Source of the DNA: an uncultured Nitrospinota bacterium
GTDB lineage: Bacteria > Nitrospinota_A > UBA7883 > JAJRTC01
NCBI GenBank assembly: GCA_964395915.1
Contig: CAYNDB010000030.1
Coordinates: 1 to 22,299, forward strand
Length of the DNA: 22,299 bases
Reading direction: 5' to 3'
Shown here: positions 1 through 9,346 of the stretch, in pieces
How positions within the stretch are numbered: position 1 is the first letter of the stretch
Layout of the letters: the number at the start of each line of letters is the position of its first letter
Translations under genes and position numbers: made by a program
The notes under the pieces: generated by a model
The model's input: only the letters and a program-made list of their open reading frames with translations
Database searches by the model: none
Told to the model about the DNA's origin: nothing

Positions 1-1
1 C

Positions 2-367
2 GACCTTAAGGCGATTGACGGCCCTCTAAAAGTCGGCTCGGCGGAGATTGTTCCGGTGCCGGTGATGCATGGCGACATGGAGGTGTATGGATACAGGATG
101 AACGGACTTGCGTACGTTACCGACTGTTCGGCAATACCAACGCCGTCCATGGATGCGTTGCAAGGATTGAACACACTCATTCTTGGCGCGCTTGGGCTTA
201 AACGGCACAACACACATTTCACGATGGAAGAGGCGTTAGCCACCATAGAGGAGCTCGCCCCAAAAAAAGCGTATCTTACTCATTTAAATCACAATACCGG
301 ACACGATACCACCACACTTCCTGATAATGTCGAGCTTGCATGGGACGGACTGGAGGTGGATATATAG
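2..367 (+). CDS. MBL-fold metallo-hydrolase (PhnP/YycJ-like), 5'-partial; the ORF is open to the window edge
   Basis: Frame 2 is open from base 2 with no stop before 367. The C-terminal region 'VPVMHGDMEVYGYR...AYVTDCS...HFTMEEALATIEEL...AYLTHLNH' is typical of metallo-beta-lactamase-fold hydrolases. The track ORF at 56 uses a GTG start and is just the internal tail. Confidence 0.55.
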   Translation, partial: DLKAIDGPLKVGSAEIVPVPVMHGDMEVYGYRMNGLAYVTDCSAIPTPSMDALQGLNTLILGALGLKRHNTHFTMEEALATIEELAPKKAYLTHLNHNTGHDTTTLPDNVELAWDGLEVDI

Positions 368-379
368 GTTATGCTTTAG

Positions 380-1120
380 TTAAAACAAATCGTCCAAAGT
401 ATTGTCGAAAGAGAAGTAACCCTTCGAAAAAGCGCCGCCATGTAGCACGCGGTTCCATTTGATGCGGGCTATAGCTCCTCTTTCAGGAAACTCTATAGTA
501 ACGCTTGATACGTATGGCGTTCCACCCCCCTTGGCGAAAGGCGAGAGAGTGACGATTATTTCTTCGCTGTCATCGCCTTCAAAGATAATTTTTTTAAGTT
601 TATCGGTATATTCAAGCGTCATCCCAGGCTTCGCCACCAGCGCTTTTTTCACTCCATCTTCTGAATAAGCCGAGACAACCCTCCCAAAGGTTGGTGGAGC
701 GCCTGTCACCATGGAACGCAAGACAGACACTGGTATGCTTAATCCGTCCAGACGAACGATATTTGCCGATTTCCCTGTCAGCACGGTTTTGCTCCCTGTT
801 TCAGGATCGATCCTTATCATACGTCCAGGCGCGCCAGCTACCGCCATTACGGTTTTTCCGACAGCGTTGAATATCTCCAGCCTGTACTTTTCCCCGGAAA
901 GCGCCAGAGTGATGGAGCCGCTATAGTCTGTCCCGCCACCTTTAAGGTCTATGGATCCCAAACCTGTAAACGACGGGTAATCCGGTTTCCTTAACCTATC
1001 GATATCCTGAAGAACCGTTTTTTTATCCAGCCTGACAGAGACGCATGAAACAAGGGACGTCAGCAATACGAAGGGAAAAACGGCAATGAAAATTGAGGAT
1101 AATAACGAACGGCGGCGCAT
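380..1120 (-). CDS. Putative outer-membrane lipoprotein (LolB/DUF4292-like?); function uncertain
   Basis: The track ORF 380..1153 starts at a GTG. The first ATG, at 1120, gives 'MRRRSLLSSIFIAVFPFVLLTSLVSCVSV', a classic lipoprotein signal with an L-V-S-C lipobox. The gene lies 14-47 nt downstream of the TPR lipoprotein gene, so co-transcription is likely. Confidence 0.6.
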   Translation of the reverse strand: MRRRSLLSSIFIAVFPFVLLTSLVSCVSVRLDKKTVLQDIDRLRKPDYPSFTGLGSIDLKGGGTDYSGSITLALSGEKYRLEIFNAVGKTVMAVAGAPGRMIRIDPETGSKTVLTGKSANIVRLDGLSIPVSVLRSMVTGAPPTFGRVVSAYSEDGVKKALVAKPGMTLEYTDKLKKIIFEGDDSEEIIVTLSPFAKGGGTPYVSSVTIEFPERGAIARIKWNRVLHGGAFSKGYFSFDNTLDDLF

Positions 1121-1167
1121 TCGCGCTACGTGATCGGATGGGACGGAAGGCACGACAGGGGATGATC

Positions 1168-2970
1168 CTATTTGTCTCCCCTTTCTTTTAAAGATATCGC
1201 TTCGATATTATGAAGTTTTGCTCTGACAGATTCCCTGTCCAGATCCCGTCCGTCATTGTTGTCCGACTTGAGTGATCGCTTGTATGCGTTTATAGCGGCG
1301 GTACGATCTTTAAGAGAGGAATAGATGTCTCCTAAATGTTCGAATACTGTAGGGTCCGGCGGAATGTTGCGCACTGCGATAAGCAACTGCTTTAAGGCCT
1401 CATCATAGCGGCCCTGTTTGTAATATATCCATCCCAGCGAATCAATAAAATATCCGTTTTCAGGCTCAAGCTCGAGGGCGCTCATAACGTAGCTTTCCGC
1501 CTTATCAAGGTCCTTCCCTTGTTCCGCATAAATATAGCCAAGGTAGTTCAATGCATTAGCGTGTTTTGGGTCGAGTTCTATAACTTTTTTCATCGACTCA
1601 ATACATTTATCGTACTGCTTCATCTTTTCATACAAAATACCTAGATAAAAATAATACTTCCCTTCATCTTTATTTAAAGCCAGCGCCTGCAAAAACGCTT
1701 CCTCAGCCTCCTCGTTGTTATTGAGCTTGTCCTGAAGTATGCCAACAAAATAATGAAGCTCCGGGTCTTTAGGGTCCAGCTCAACCGCCATTTCGGCGAA
1801 TTTCCGAGCTTCTTCAATATTGTCGGCCTTGGAGTACAGCTCGGAAATCTTCACATAGATTTCACGAGTGTCCGGGCCGCCAGTTATAAGGCGTTTCCAG
1901 ACTCCTATCGCCTCGCTCAGCAGGTCCAAGCGTTCAAAAATCGTGGCTATGTAAAACGCGACCCGCCTGTTTCCCGGATCTTTCGCGCGGACCAGCTGGA
2001 AGTGCTCCAACGCTTTTTTCAAGTCGCCCACAACACCCATGACCTCGGCCTGCCGCCAATAGGTTAAAGCCAATTTGAAATGCAGGTCCAGGTCATCCGG
2101 CTCATTCTGGACAAGGCTCTCAAGCTGACCTATCGCTTTGTCGTATGATTCCTTAAGAAGATACGCTTCAGCCAGCAAAACGCGAATCTCCTCAGACTTG
2201 GGATTTACTTTCAGGTACTTTTCATACACCGCGATAGAGGCGTCAATTTTTTTCTGTAAACGGTATACGAGAGCAAGCCCCGCGTGGCCCTTCGAAAATC
2301 TTGGGAATTGTTTTATCAGGTCTTCAAACGCTTCTTCAGCCTTGTCAAGCCGCCCAAGGGAAATCAACGCGCGGCCTTTATAATAGAGGCCTAGCGCGTC
2401 ATGCGGGAAAAACTTGTTATACTTTTCCAACGCCTGTAGAGCTTTCTCAAACTGTTTATCTTTAAGGTAAGCGACCGCAAGGTAAATCCAGGAGTTTTTT
2501 TGCTCCGAATCAAGCGCCAAGGCTCGTTCAAAGTACTTGACGGCTTCCCCCGGCTGGTTGATCCCCGAATAAATACCACCGAGAATAGTAAGTAAAGGAA
2601 CATTATCCCGGTCTATTTCTATCCCCCTGCTCGCAATGTCAATCGCGTTGTCGAGCTGCCCCATTCTGAGGAAAAGAGTGGCGGTCTTCTCATAGGCTTT
2701 TAGAATGGATTCGTCATAATCCACCGCCAGCAGAAAATGCTCTATAGCTTTATTATATTTCCCTTCTTTTTCGCTAATCAGGCCACGAAGGTAATGGTAA
2801 TACGCGTCGGACCTGTCCTTCGGCTCCCAAGCCATAACAGATTCCGGTTTACCGCCATCTTTAAGGATTTTACCTTTATCCGCCAGATCAGATGACGCTG
2901 TGGCGCAAGCGGTCACAAAAAAAGTGAGCGCCAAAAGAAGGATATTTCGTAACAATTTCATACGTAACAT
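1168..2970 (-). CDS. Tetratricopeptide-repeat (TPR) lipoprotein
   Basis: The 600-aa protein carries many 34-residue TPR-like repeats (recurring W/LG/Y/A/F/A/P positions, 'AL..DP..A.A...LG..Y'). Its N-terminus 'MKLLRNILLLALTFFVTACATA' is a signal peptide with a lipobox. The real start is probably the second Met, at 2961. Confidence 0.8.
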   Translation of the reverse strand: MLRMKLLRNILLLALTFFVTACATASSDLADKGKILKDGGKPESVMAWEPKDRSDAYYHYLRGLISEKEGKYNKAIEHFLLAVDYDESILKAYEKTATLFLRMGQLDNAIDIASRGIEIDRDNVPLLTILGGIYSGINQPGEAVKYFERALALDSEQKNSWIYLAVAYLKDKQFEKALQALEKYNKFFPHDALGLYYKGRALISLGRLDKAEEAFEDLIKQFPRFSKGHAGLALVYRLQKKIDASIAVYEKYLKVNPKSEEIRVLLAEAYLLKESYDKAIGQLESLVQNEPDDLDLHFKLALTYWRQAEVMGVVGDLKKALEHFQLVRAKDPGNRRVAFYIATIFERLDLLSEAIGVWKRLITGGPDTREIYVKISELYSKADNIEEARKFAEMAVELDPKDPELHYFVGILQDKLNNNEEAEEAFLQALALNKDEGKYYFYLGILYEKMKQYDKCIESMKKVIELDPKHANALNYLGYIYAEQGKDLDKAESYVMSALELEPENGYFIDSLGWIYYKQGRYDEALKQLLIAVRNIPPDPTVFEHLGDIYSSLKDRTAAINAYKRSLKSDNNDGRDLDRESVRAKLHNIEAISLKERGDK

Positions 2971-2973
2971 TTC

Positions 2974-2993
2974 AAGCCGGGACGCGGCTTTTT
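2974..2993 (+). terminator. Terminator-like GC hairpin (AAGCCG-GGACG-CGGCTT) followed by TTTTT; as a terminator it is oriented for the plus strand
   Basis: Read directly from the sequence: a 6-bp GC-rich stem, a 5-nt loop and a 5-T run. It lies 4 nt upstream of the TPR gene start on the opposite strand, so its role is unclear. It could be an RNA hairpin in the TPR 5' leader or an antisense terminator. Confidence 0.25.
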
Positions 2994-3124
2994 AAACATG
3001 GGCCTGCGCGCCGCAATGCCTTTTCCAATTGGTAGCAAAACCACTGTTTTTGGAATTTGCGCGGGTGGTACAAATGCCGCTAAAAAGCCTGCCACTATAA
3101 AAATAACAACTTGTGAAATCACAC

Positions 3125-3604
3125 CTAATCTCTGCCCTTTTTTCCTATACTTCTTAGAATAACCCGTTTAAAAGTAGAACACAATTGAGAATCGGAAACC
3201 GACGACAAAGCGTTTTCCATCTCCATTCTCTCAGGTTCTGTAAGAGGTTTTTCCTCGGCGGGGGGATTTCTGTCGACCCTACTTGATGGAATTGCGACTT
3301 TATTATTTTGAACTATCATTACCTGTTCCACCTCAGGCCCTCTAAACATTGCGTTTACCTTGGATCTTATTTCCGACCTTAGAAATAACATGGAGTTTAC
3401 CCACACAGCCTCCGTAGCCCAGATAGTAAGCGTCCCCTTTTCCACTCTGGCAGGGCGCGACACCATGGCAAGTTGAGGCCCCACCACTTCCCCCCAGCGA
3501 CGCTCTAACTCCATCAGCCTGGAAAGGTCTCCCTTAAAAGAAGACCTGAACGCGGAATCCAGAACCGAACCGATGCTTTTGGGTTTTCTGGAATTTCGTT
3601 TCAC
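3125..3604 (-). CDS. DUF721/DciA-like protein
   Basis: The core 'LMELERRWGEVVGPQLAMVSRPARVEKGTLTIWATEAVWVNSMLFLRSEI...VNAMFRGPEVEQVMI' matches the DUF721 pattern (W..vvG..la..s.p..v..g.L.v.v.s.w...l....l....N). The gene is transcribed divergently from the gcv operon. Confidence 0.5.
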   Translation of the reverse strand: MKRNSRKPKSIGSVLDSAFRSSFKGDLSRLMELERRWGEVVGPQLAMVSRPARVEKGTLTIWATEAVWVNSMLFLRSEIRSKVNAMFRGPEVEQVMIVQNNKVAIPSSRVDRNPPAEEKPLTEPERMEMENALSSVSDSQLCSTFKRVILRSIGKKGRD

Positions 3605-3698
3605 CCTCTATTCTCCTATCTTGTAAAGGGGGTTGCTTTTGGGTTGTGTTTCGTTTATTTTCATTTTTCTATCTATTTAGAGGTTAGCACGTAAAATT

Positions 3699-4112
3699 AT
3701 GACATTCCATACAGAATACCTGTGGTTCAACACAACCCGGAAGCGCGAATATATCAATATTACTGATAAGGTAGAAGGCATTGTCCAGGCTTCCAGTGTG
3801 AGTGAAGGAATGGTATTGGTATCGGCAATGCATATTACCGCCGGGGTATGGGTGAACGATGCGGAAGGCGGATTGCTTTCCGATATAGATAAATGGTTGG
3901 AAAATCTGGCTCCCTATGACCCAGACTACCAGCACCATCGCACAGGTGAAAATAATGGAGACGCACACCTTAAAAACCTTCTGGTTCACAACCAGGTCAT
4001 GCTCCCTATAACCGGAGGCATGCTCGACCTTGGCCCATGGCAGCAGGTTTACTACGCTGAATTTGACGGACGACGGAAAAAAAGAGCCGTTGTAAAGGTG
4101 ATGGGAGAATGA
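3699..4112 (+). CDS. yjbQ: YjbQ/UPF0047 family protein (secondary thiamine-phosphate synthase-like)
   Basis: The 137-aa protein shows YjbQ hallmarks: 'ITDKV...[25 protein letters not shown]...L..LAP....YQHH...[14 protein letters not shown]...[21 protein letters not shown]'. Its stop overlaps the gcvT ATG (ATGA). Confidence 0.8.
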   Translation: MTFHTEYLWFNTTRKREYINITDKVEGIVQASSVSEGMVLVSAMHITAGVWVNDAEGGLLSDIDKWLENLAPYDPDYQHHRTGENNGDAHLKNLLVHNQVMLPITGGMLDLGPWQQVYYAEFDGRRKKRAVVKVMGE

Positions 4113-5254
4113 CAGTACGCAACACGCCGCTTTATGGCATTCATAAAAAGCTGGGGGCGAAAATGGTCGATTTCCATGGCTGGCGCATGCCTGTTCAATA
4201 CAGCTCCATTCTGGAGGAACATAAAAGCGTGCGAGAGAAAGTCGGAATATTCGATGTTTCGCACATGGGCGAGATCGAGGTTAAAGGGGAACACGCCAAA
4301 GAGCTTCTTCAATGGCTTACCCCAAACGATTTGAACCAGCTTGAGGATGGGCGTGTTCAATATTCCGCCCTTATGAATGAAAATGGAGGAGTAATCGACG
4401 ATCTCTTGATATATGCGATAAGCAAAGAAAGATATTTCTTGTGCGTCAACGCTTCCAATGTAGGCAAGGATGTCAACTGGCTTGCCGACCACGCCTTGCA
4501 ATACCCTGATGTGGAGGTGGTAAACGTCTCTCGCCGATATGGAATGATATCCGTGCAGGGGCCGAACGCCGAATCGCTTTTCAGAACTTTAACCAAGCTC
4601 GATGTTACCAAGATGGAGTATTACACCTTCTCGGTAGTCATGATTGGTGAACATAATTGCATCCTTTCACGCACAGGGTATACGGGCGAAGACGGTTTTG
4701 AAATATTCTGCGAGTGGAGAGACGCTCCGCAACTGTGGGAATATATCATGGGTAAGGGAAAACATTTCGGCATCAAACCTATCGGTTTGGGAGCGAGAGA
4801 CACGTTGAGGATGGAAATGCGATACCCGTTGCACGGACAGGAGCTTGACGAAAATACAACGCCGCTGGAAGCCGGGCTTGACTGGATAGTCAAGCTGAAC
4901 AAGGAAAGTGAGTTTATCTGTATGAACGCGCTTTTAAAACAGAAAGAAAACGGGGTCGATCGTAAAATCGTTGGTTTAACAATGATGGGCAGAGGTATCC
5001 CTCGGTCGGGATACGCTGTATTTCATAACGATGAGAAAGTAGGAGAGATTACCAGCGGAACAATGAGCCCGACGTTAAAAAAGGCTATTGGAATAGGTTA
5101 TGTCCGCCCAGACCTCGCTGTTACAGGGACTACGCTTTACGTTGAAATAAGGGGCGCAAAAGTTGAGGCGGAAGTAAGCAAGACTCCTTTTGTGGAATCC
5201 CATGTAAAAAGGAGCAAGCCTGCCGAGGCGCTTCAGCAAAAAACGGTCGAATAA
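4109..5254 (+). CDS. gcvT: Glycine cleavage system T protein (aminomethyltransferase)
   Basis: N-terminus '[55 protein letters not shown]' is a canonical GcvT N-terminus. The gene sits immediately upstream of gcvH, gcvPA and gcvPB. Confidence 0.95.
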   Translation: MTVRNTPLYGIHKKLGAKMVDFHGWRMPVQYSSILEEHKSVREKVGIFDVSHMGEIEVKGEHAKELLQWLTPNDLNQLEDGRVQYSALMNENGGVIDDLLIYAISKERYFLCVNASNVGKDVNWLADHALQYPDVEVVNVSRRYGMISVQGPNAESLFRTLTKLDVTKMEYYTFSVVMIGEHNCILSRTGYTGEDGFEIFCEWRDAPQLWEYIMGKGKHFGIKPIGLGARDTLRMEMRYPLHGQELDENTTPLEAGLDWIVKLNKESEFICMNALLKQKENGVDRKIVGLTMMGRGIPRSGYAVFHNDEKVGEITSGTMSPTLKKAIGIGYVRPDLAVTGTTLYVEIRGAKVEAEVSKTPFVESHVKRSKPAEALQQKTVE

Positions 5255-5278
5255 AATAATAATAAATGGGGAGTCAAA

Positions 5279-5656
5279 ATGGAATTTCCTGATGGGTTGC
5301 TCTACACCAAAGATCATGAATGGGTCAAAATCGAAGGGGATGTCGCTACTGTCGGAGTAACCGATTTCGCTCAAAGCGAGCTTGGAGATATAGTTTTTGT
5401 CGAATTGCCTGAAGAAGGCGGGACACTTGGCGTTAATGAAAGCTTCGGCGTCGCCGAATCCGTTAAAACCGTGTCCGATCTCTACTCCCCTTTAAGCGGC
5501 GACGTCATCGAAATCAATAAAGAGCTGGAGGCGGCTCCTGAGCTTGTAAACGAAAGCCCCTATGAAAAAGGCTGGATGATTAAGCTTAAGATAAGCGATC
5601 CAAAAGAGAGGGAAAGCTTGCTAAACGCCGCTGATTATAAAAAGCTTACAAAGTAG
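5279..5656 (+). CDS. gcvH: Glycine cleavage system H protein (lipoyl carrier)
   Basis: 'YTKDHEWVKIEGDVATVGVTDFAQSELGDIVFVELPEEG...ESVKTVSDLYSPLSGDVIEIN' includes the lipoyl-lysine motif ESVK. An RBS is present in the 24-nt gap after gcvT. Confidence 0.95.
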   Translation: MEFPDGLLYTKDHEWVKIEGDVATVGVTDFAQSELGDIVFVELPEEGGTLGVNESFGVAESVKTVSDLYSPLSGDVIEINKELEAAPELVNESPYEKGWMIKLKISDPKERESLLNAADYKKLTK

Positions 5657-5666
5657 AAGGGTCATC

Positions 5667-7016
5667 GTGCGTTTTATCCCGCTTACAGAGTCCGACAAGG
5701 TCAAGATGTTGAAAACTATAGGCGCAGGCTCTGTGGACGAACTGTTTGCCGATATCCCGGAAGACGCCGGACTTGATCGGAAGCTTAACCTGCCAGCCCC
5801 TTTGCCGGAGCCTTCGTTAATAGAATATTTCGAAAAACTCAGCGCTCAAAATAACCAAACGCCAGCGAACCAAAGCTTCCTTGGCGCGGGAGCGTACAGG
5901 CATCATGTCCCGGCCGCTGTCGACCAGCTGCTTCTTCGCGGGGAGCTTTTCACAGCGTATACGCCATATCAGCCGGAAGTAAGCCAGGGAACGCTTATGA
6001 CCACATACGAGTTCCAGACATATACCGCGGCTCTGCTGGGAATGGATATCGCCAACGCCTCTATGTACGACGGCGCGTCGTCGCTGGCGGAAGCCGTCAT
6101 TATGGCCAAAAGGGTGACGAGAAAAAACAGGGTTGTGATGTCCAGCCTCGTCCATCCTCATTGGCGTGAAGTGGCCGCCACATATACGCAAGACCTTGAC
6201 GTTGAAATTGTGGTTGTTGAATGCGCTGAAGCGGGAAAGACTTCCGCGAAAAGCCTTGTTGAAGTGGCGGGAGACGGCTTAGCCGCCATTGTCGTTCAGT
6301 ATCCCAATTTTATGGGTTGCTTGGAGGATTTAGAATCTATCCGGAAAGTGTGCGACGATACCGGAGCCCTGATGATAGTCGCCGTGGCGGAGCCTGTAGC
6401 GATGGGAATTATAGAGCCGCCGGGCCGGTTTGGGGCGGATATAGTGGTGGCCGAAGGGCGCTCTTTTGGCAATTCGGTGTCATACGGCGGGCCGGGGCTT
6501 GGCATGTTCGCCACTAAAGATAAATGGGCAAGGCAGATTCCCGGCAGGCTGGTGGGAAAAACCAACGACCTCAATGGCGAGAGGGGATATGTTTTAACGC
6601 TTGCCACGAGAGAACAGCACATAAGACGTGAGAAGGCGACATCGAACATATGCTCCAACCAGGCTCTTTGCGCCACCGCCGCGGCGATACATATAAGCCT
6701 GCTTGGCAGGACAGGTCTGCGCGAGCTTGCGGTTCGAAACCTCACCAGCGCGAAGTATCTTGCGGATAAACTGTCGTCTCTAAAGGGGTTTCAGCTTCTA
6801 TACGATCATCCGTTTTTTAACGAAGTGGCGGTGAAAACGCCATTACCGGTAGCGGCTTTAAACGAAAAATTGTCACAAAAAGGTTTTACAGGCGGGTTTG
6901 ATCTTTCGTCACATTATCCATCGCTTGAGAACGCTATGTTGTTTTGCGCCACAGAAACACATGCGAAAGAGGATATCGACAGGCTTGTTGATGCGTTGTC
7001 GGAGATTGAAAAATGA
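5667..7016 (+). CDS. gcvPA: Glycine dehydrogenase (decarboxylating) subunit 1
   Basis: The 449-aa protein matches the N-terminal P-protein subunit ('LTESDKVKMLKTIGAGSVDELFADIPE', 'YTPYQPEVSQGTLMTTYEFQT'), the split P-protein arrangement. Its stop overlaps the gcvPB start (ATGA). Confidence 0.95.
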   Translation: MRFIPLTESDKVKMLKTIGAGSVDELFADIPEDAGLDRKLNLPAPLPEPSLIEYFEKLSAQNNQTPANQSFLGAGAYRHHVPAAVDQLLLRGELFTAYTPYQPEVSQGTLMTTYEFQTYTAALLGMDIANASMYDGASSLAEAVIMAKRVTRKNRVVMSSLVHPHWREVAATYTQDLDVEIVVVECAEAGKTSAKSLVEVAGDGLAAIVVQYPNFMGCLEDLESIRKVCDDTGALMIVAVAEPVAMGIIEPPGRFGADIVVAEGRSFGNSVSYGGPGLGMFATKDKWARQIPGRLVGKTNDLNGERGYVLTLATREQHIRREKATSNICSNQALCATAAAIHISLLGRTGLRELAVRNLTSAKYLADKLSSLKGFQLLYDHPFFNEVAVKTPLPVAALNEKLSQKGFTGGFDLSSHYPSLENAMLFCATETHAKEDIDRLVDALSEIEK

Positions 7017-8497
7017 CATTACAATCGCAACGCGGCTTAATGTTCCGCGAAGATGAAATATTTGGCAGAGGTTCGCCCGGTCGGTCCGGAGTGGATATTG
7101 CCGACGGTAACTTTTCTGAAAAAGCCGACCCTGTAAAACTTCTTCCCGAAGGATTTGTGCGGGACGATCTTGAAGGGTTTCCGGAACTTTCCGAGCCGGA
7201 AGTGATACGCCACTACACAAGGCTATCGCAATGGAATTTCAGTATCGACACTAACATGTACCCGCTGGGGTCATGCACGATGAAATATAACCCAAGGGTG
7301 AACGAAGCTGTGGCGAGGATGAGCGGGTTTGCGAACATGCACCCATACCAGCCGGACTCCGAATGTCAGGGCACATTAAAACTCATACACGACCTTGGGA
7401 AATGGCTGTGCGAAATCGTAGGGATGAACGCCGCCACTCTTCAACCCGCCGCCGGAGCGCATGGAGAGTTTGCAGGGCTTCTGATGGTCCGCGCAGCGCT
7501 TGAAAAAAGAGGAGACGCAAGATCGAAAGTGATATTGCCGGACTCGTCCCACGGCACCAACCCGGCCTCGGCGGCGTTATGCGGATATAAAGCTGTCACT
7601 CTTAAAAGCAATGAGAACGGAAAAATTGATTTAAACGAACTCGACAAGCTGATGGACGATCAGGTGGCCGCGCTTATGGTCACCAACCCGAACACTCTCG
7701 GTATATTCGAATCGGACATAGTGGAGGTTGCAAGAATCGTCCACGATAGGGGGGGATTCGTATATTGCGACGGGGCGAACCTGAGCGCGTTACTAGGCAA
7801 GGCAAGGTTCGGAGATATGGGTGTGGACGTGGCGCACCTGAACCTGCACAAAACTTTTTCCACTCCGCACGGAGGAGGAGGGCCTGGCGCGGGGCCAGTG
7901 TGCGTGGTGGAGGAGCTTGCGCCTTTTTTACCGACTCCGATGGTCGTGGAGAACAACGGCGTGTACAGCATGGATTATGACAGGGCGGATTCTGTTGGCC
8001 GCATACACGGTTTCAACGGCAACGTAGGCGTCCTTCTCCGCGCGGCGGCGTATATTCTCTCCATGGGCGCTGATGGGTTGAAAGAAGCGACTGAAGCGGC
8101 GGTGATAAACGCTAACTATATTAAAGCGAGGCTTTCGAAACATTACTATGTCCCATACGAGGGGCATAACCTGCATGAATGCGTGTTGAACGACAAGCTT
8201 CAGAACGAACATGATGTGACCACGATGGATATCGCCAAGGGGTTGATAGACCGCGGTTTTCATCCTCCGACGATATATTTCCCGCTCATCGTGCGAGGCG
8301 CGCTGATGATCGAACCTACGGAAACGGAATCTAAAGAAACGCTGGACGAATTCTGCGACGCGATGATAGATATCGCCGAGAAAGCCAAGAGCGACCCTGC
8401 GTCATTGAAACAGGCTCCGATCAATACCGTCCGACGCAGGCTTGACGAAGCCACAGCCGCCCGCAACCCGGAGCTTCGGTGCAGGATCTGTTCCTGA
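7013..8497 (+). CDS. gcvPB: Glycine dehydrogenase (decarboxylating) subunit 2 (PLP-binding)
   Basis: The 494-aa protein has 'NLHKTFSTPHGGGGPGAGP', the PLP-lysine region, and 'YPLGSCTMKYNP'. It is the last gene of the gcv operon. Confidence 0.95.
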   Translation: MTLQSQRGLMFREDEIFGRGSPGRSGVDIADGNFSEKADPVKLLPEGFVRDDLEGFPELSEPEVIRHYTRLSQWNFSIDTNMYPLGSCTMKYNPRVNEAVARMSGFANMHPYQPDSECQGTLKLIHDLGKWLCEIVGMNAATLQPAAGAHGEFAGLLMVRAALEKRGDARSKVILPDSSHGTNPASAALCGYKAVTLKSNENGKIDLNELDKLMDDQVAALMVTNPNTLGIFESDIVEVARIVHDRGGFVYCDGANLSALLGKARFGDMGVDVAHLNLHKTFSTPHGGGGPGAGPVCVVEELAPFLPTPMVVENNGVYSMDYDRADSVGRIHGFNGNVGVLLRAAAYILSMGADGLKEATEAAVINANYIKARLSKHYYVPYEGHNLHECVLNDKLQNEHDVTTMDIAKGLIDRGFHPPTIYFPLIVRGALMIEPTETESKETLDEFCDAMIDIAEKAKSDPASLKQAPINTVRRRLDEATAARNPELRCRICS

Positions 8498-8526
8498 CAC
8501 CATCGGATCAAGGCTTCTACCAGTTT

Positions 8527-8835
8527 TTATTTTGATAGCAGTCCTTTTGCGTGGTCAAATAATTCGCCCGGGCTGATAGCTCCCAATGCCACTAACATGA
8601 GAGCTATACCCGTAATCATGGTAGGAAGCGCCATCCACCTGTTTTTGAAGCGAATTTGAATACTTGTGCCAAGCCATAAAAAACAACCACAACCTAAAAG
8701 AAATATGGAAGTGCGCTGCACATCCGGCATGTTTGGCCAAACAGCTAGCAAAGTAACAAACAGCGCACAGAGACATGAGGAAACAATAAACCAAACACGG
8801 CTTATTGACTCATCCGGTCTTTTTTTCTCTTCCAT
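8527..8835 (-). CDS. Small hypothetical membrane protein (3 predicted TM helices)
   Basis: The 102-aa ORF is convergent with gcvPB. It has three hydrophobic stretches (VWFIVSSCLCALFVTLLAVW, IFLLGCGCFLWLG, ITGIALMLVALGAI). No recognisable family. Confidence 0.4.
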   Translation of the reverse strand: MEEKKRPDESISRVWFIVSSCLCALFVTLLAVWPNMPDVQRTSIFLLGCGCFLWLGTSIQIRFKNRWMALPTMITGIALMLVALGAISPGELFDHAKGLLSK

Positions 8836-8962
8836 TTAGTTCCGAAATCTCCGCTTGTTAAGAGCGAATTAATTCGCCCTCAAACACTATACTTTTCTTT
8901 TCGGTTTGGTGTCAGAGGGAAAATAATGTAGAATTCTCGCTTCAGTCACGGTGAAACGATGT

Positions 8963-9038
8963 GGCCCCATCGTCTAGTGGCCTAGGACGCTGCCCTCTCA
9001 CGGCGGAAACAGGGGTTCGACTCCCCTTGGGGCTACCA
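8963..9038 (+). tRNA. tRNA-Glu (anticodon CUC), CCA encoded
   Basis: Hand-folded cloverleaf: acceptor GGCCCCA/TGGGGCT, D-stem GTCT/GGAC, anticodon stem CTGCC/GGCGG with loop CTCTCAC (anticodon CTC), 4-nt variable loop, T-arm AGGGG-TTCGACT-CCCCT, discriminator A and CCA. Overall architecture is nearly identical to E. coli tRNA-Glu. Confidence 0.9.
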
Positions 9039-9346
9039 ATGTTGCGGAATAGAGAAGAGTAGCTCCGCCATTTTGACACCATATCCTCTCCCCACCGCTT
9101 ATAGTTTGCATGGCACACATCATTAGCGTAGTTAATTATAGAAAATAATCGCGCCAAATAAAAAATTCACATTACCTAACAATTATGTATCTGGCTGGAA
9201 TAATCCGCCGCTATCAGACTGCGGAAGATTCTCAGTGGAAGTAATAAATTTATCTTAAAAAAATCTCATTTTGCACATGAATATATAAATGCTTTATTAT
9301 TATAAGCGTCTAATTCTTACCAAATAATAGACAATCAGGAAAATAC

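Noticed and set aside
3605-3698. Possible glycine riboswitch upstream of the gcv operon
   Set aside because: The region is only 94 bp and lacks the conserved aptamer sequence elements. It is more likely a simple divergent promoter region.
3684-4501. Minus-strand ORFs 3684-3989 and 4052-4501 opposite yjbQ and gcvT
   Set aside because: They are antisense to conserved genes and look spurious.
5817-8263. Minus-strand ORFs (5817-6191, 6296-6745, 6909-7220, 7441-7647, 7660-7971, 7928-8263) within gcvPA/gcvPB
   Set aside because: They are antisense to highly conserved glycine dehydrogenase genes. No independent support.
8942-9157. 71-aa minus-strand ORF overlapping the tRNA-Glu gene
   Set aside because: It overlaps a confidently folded tRNA on the other strand, has no RBS or motif, and is spurious.
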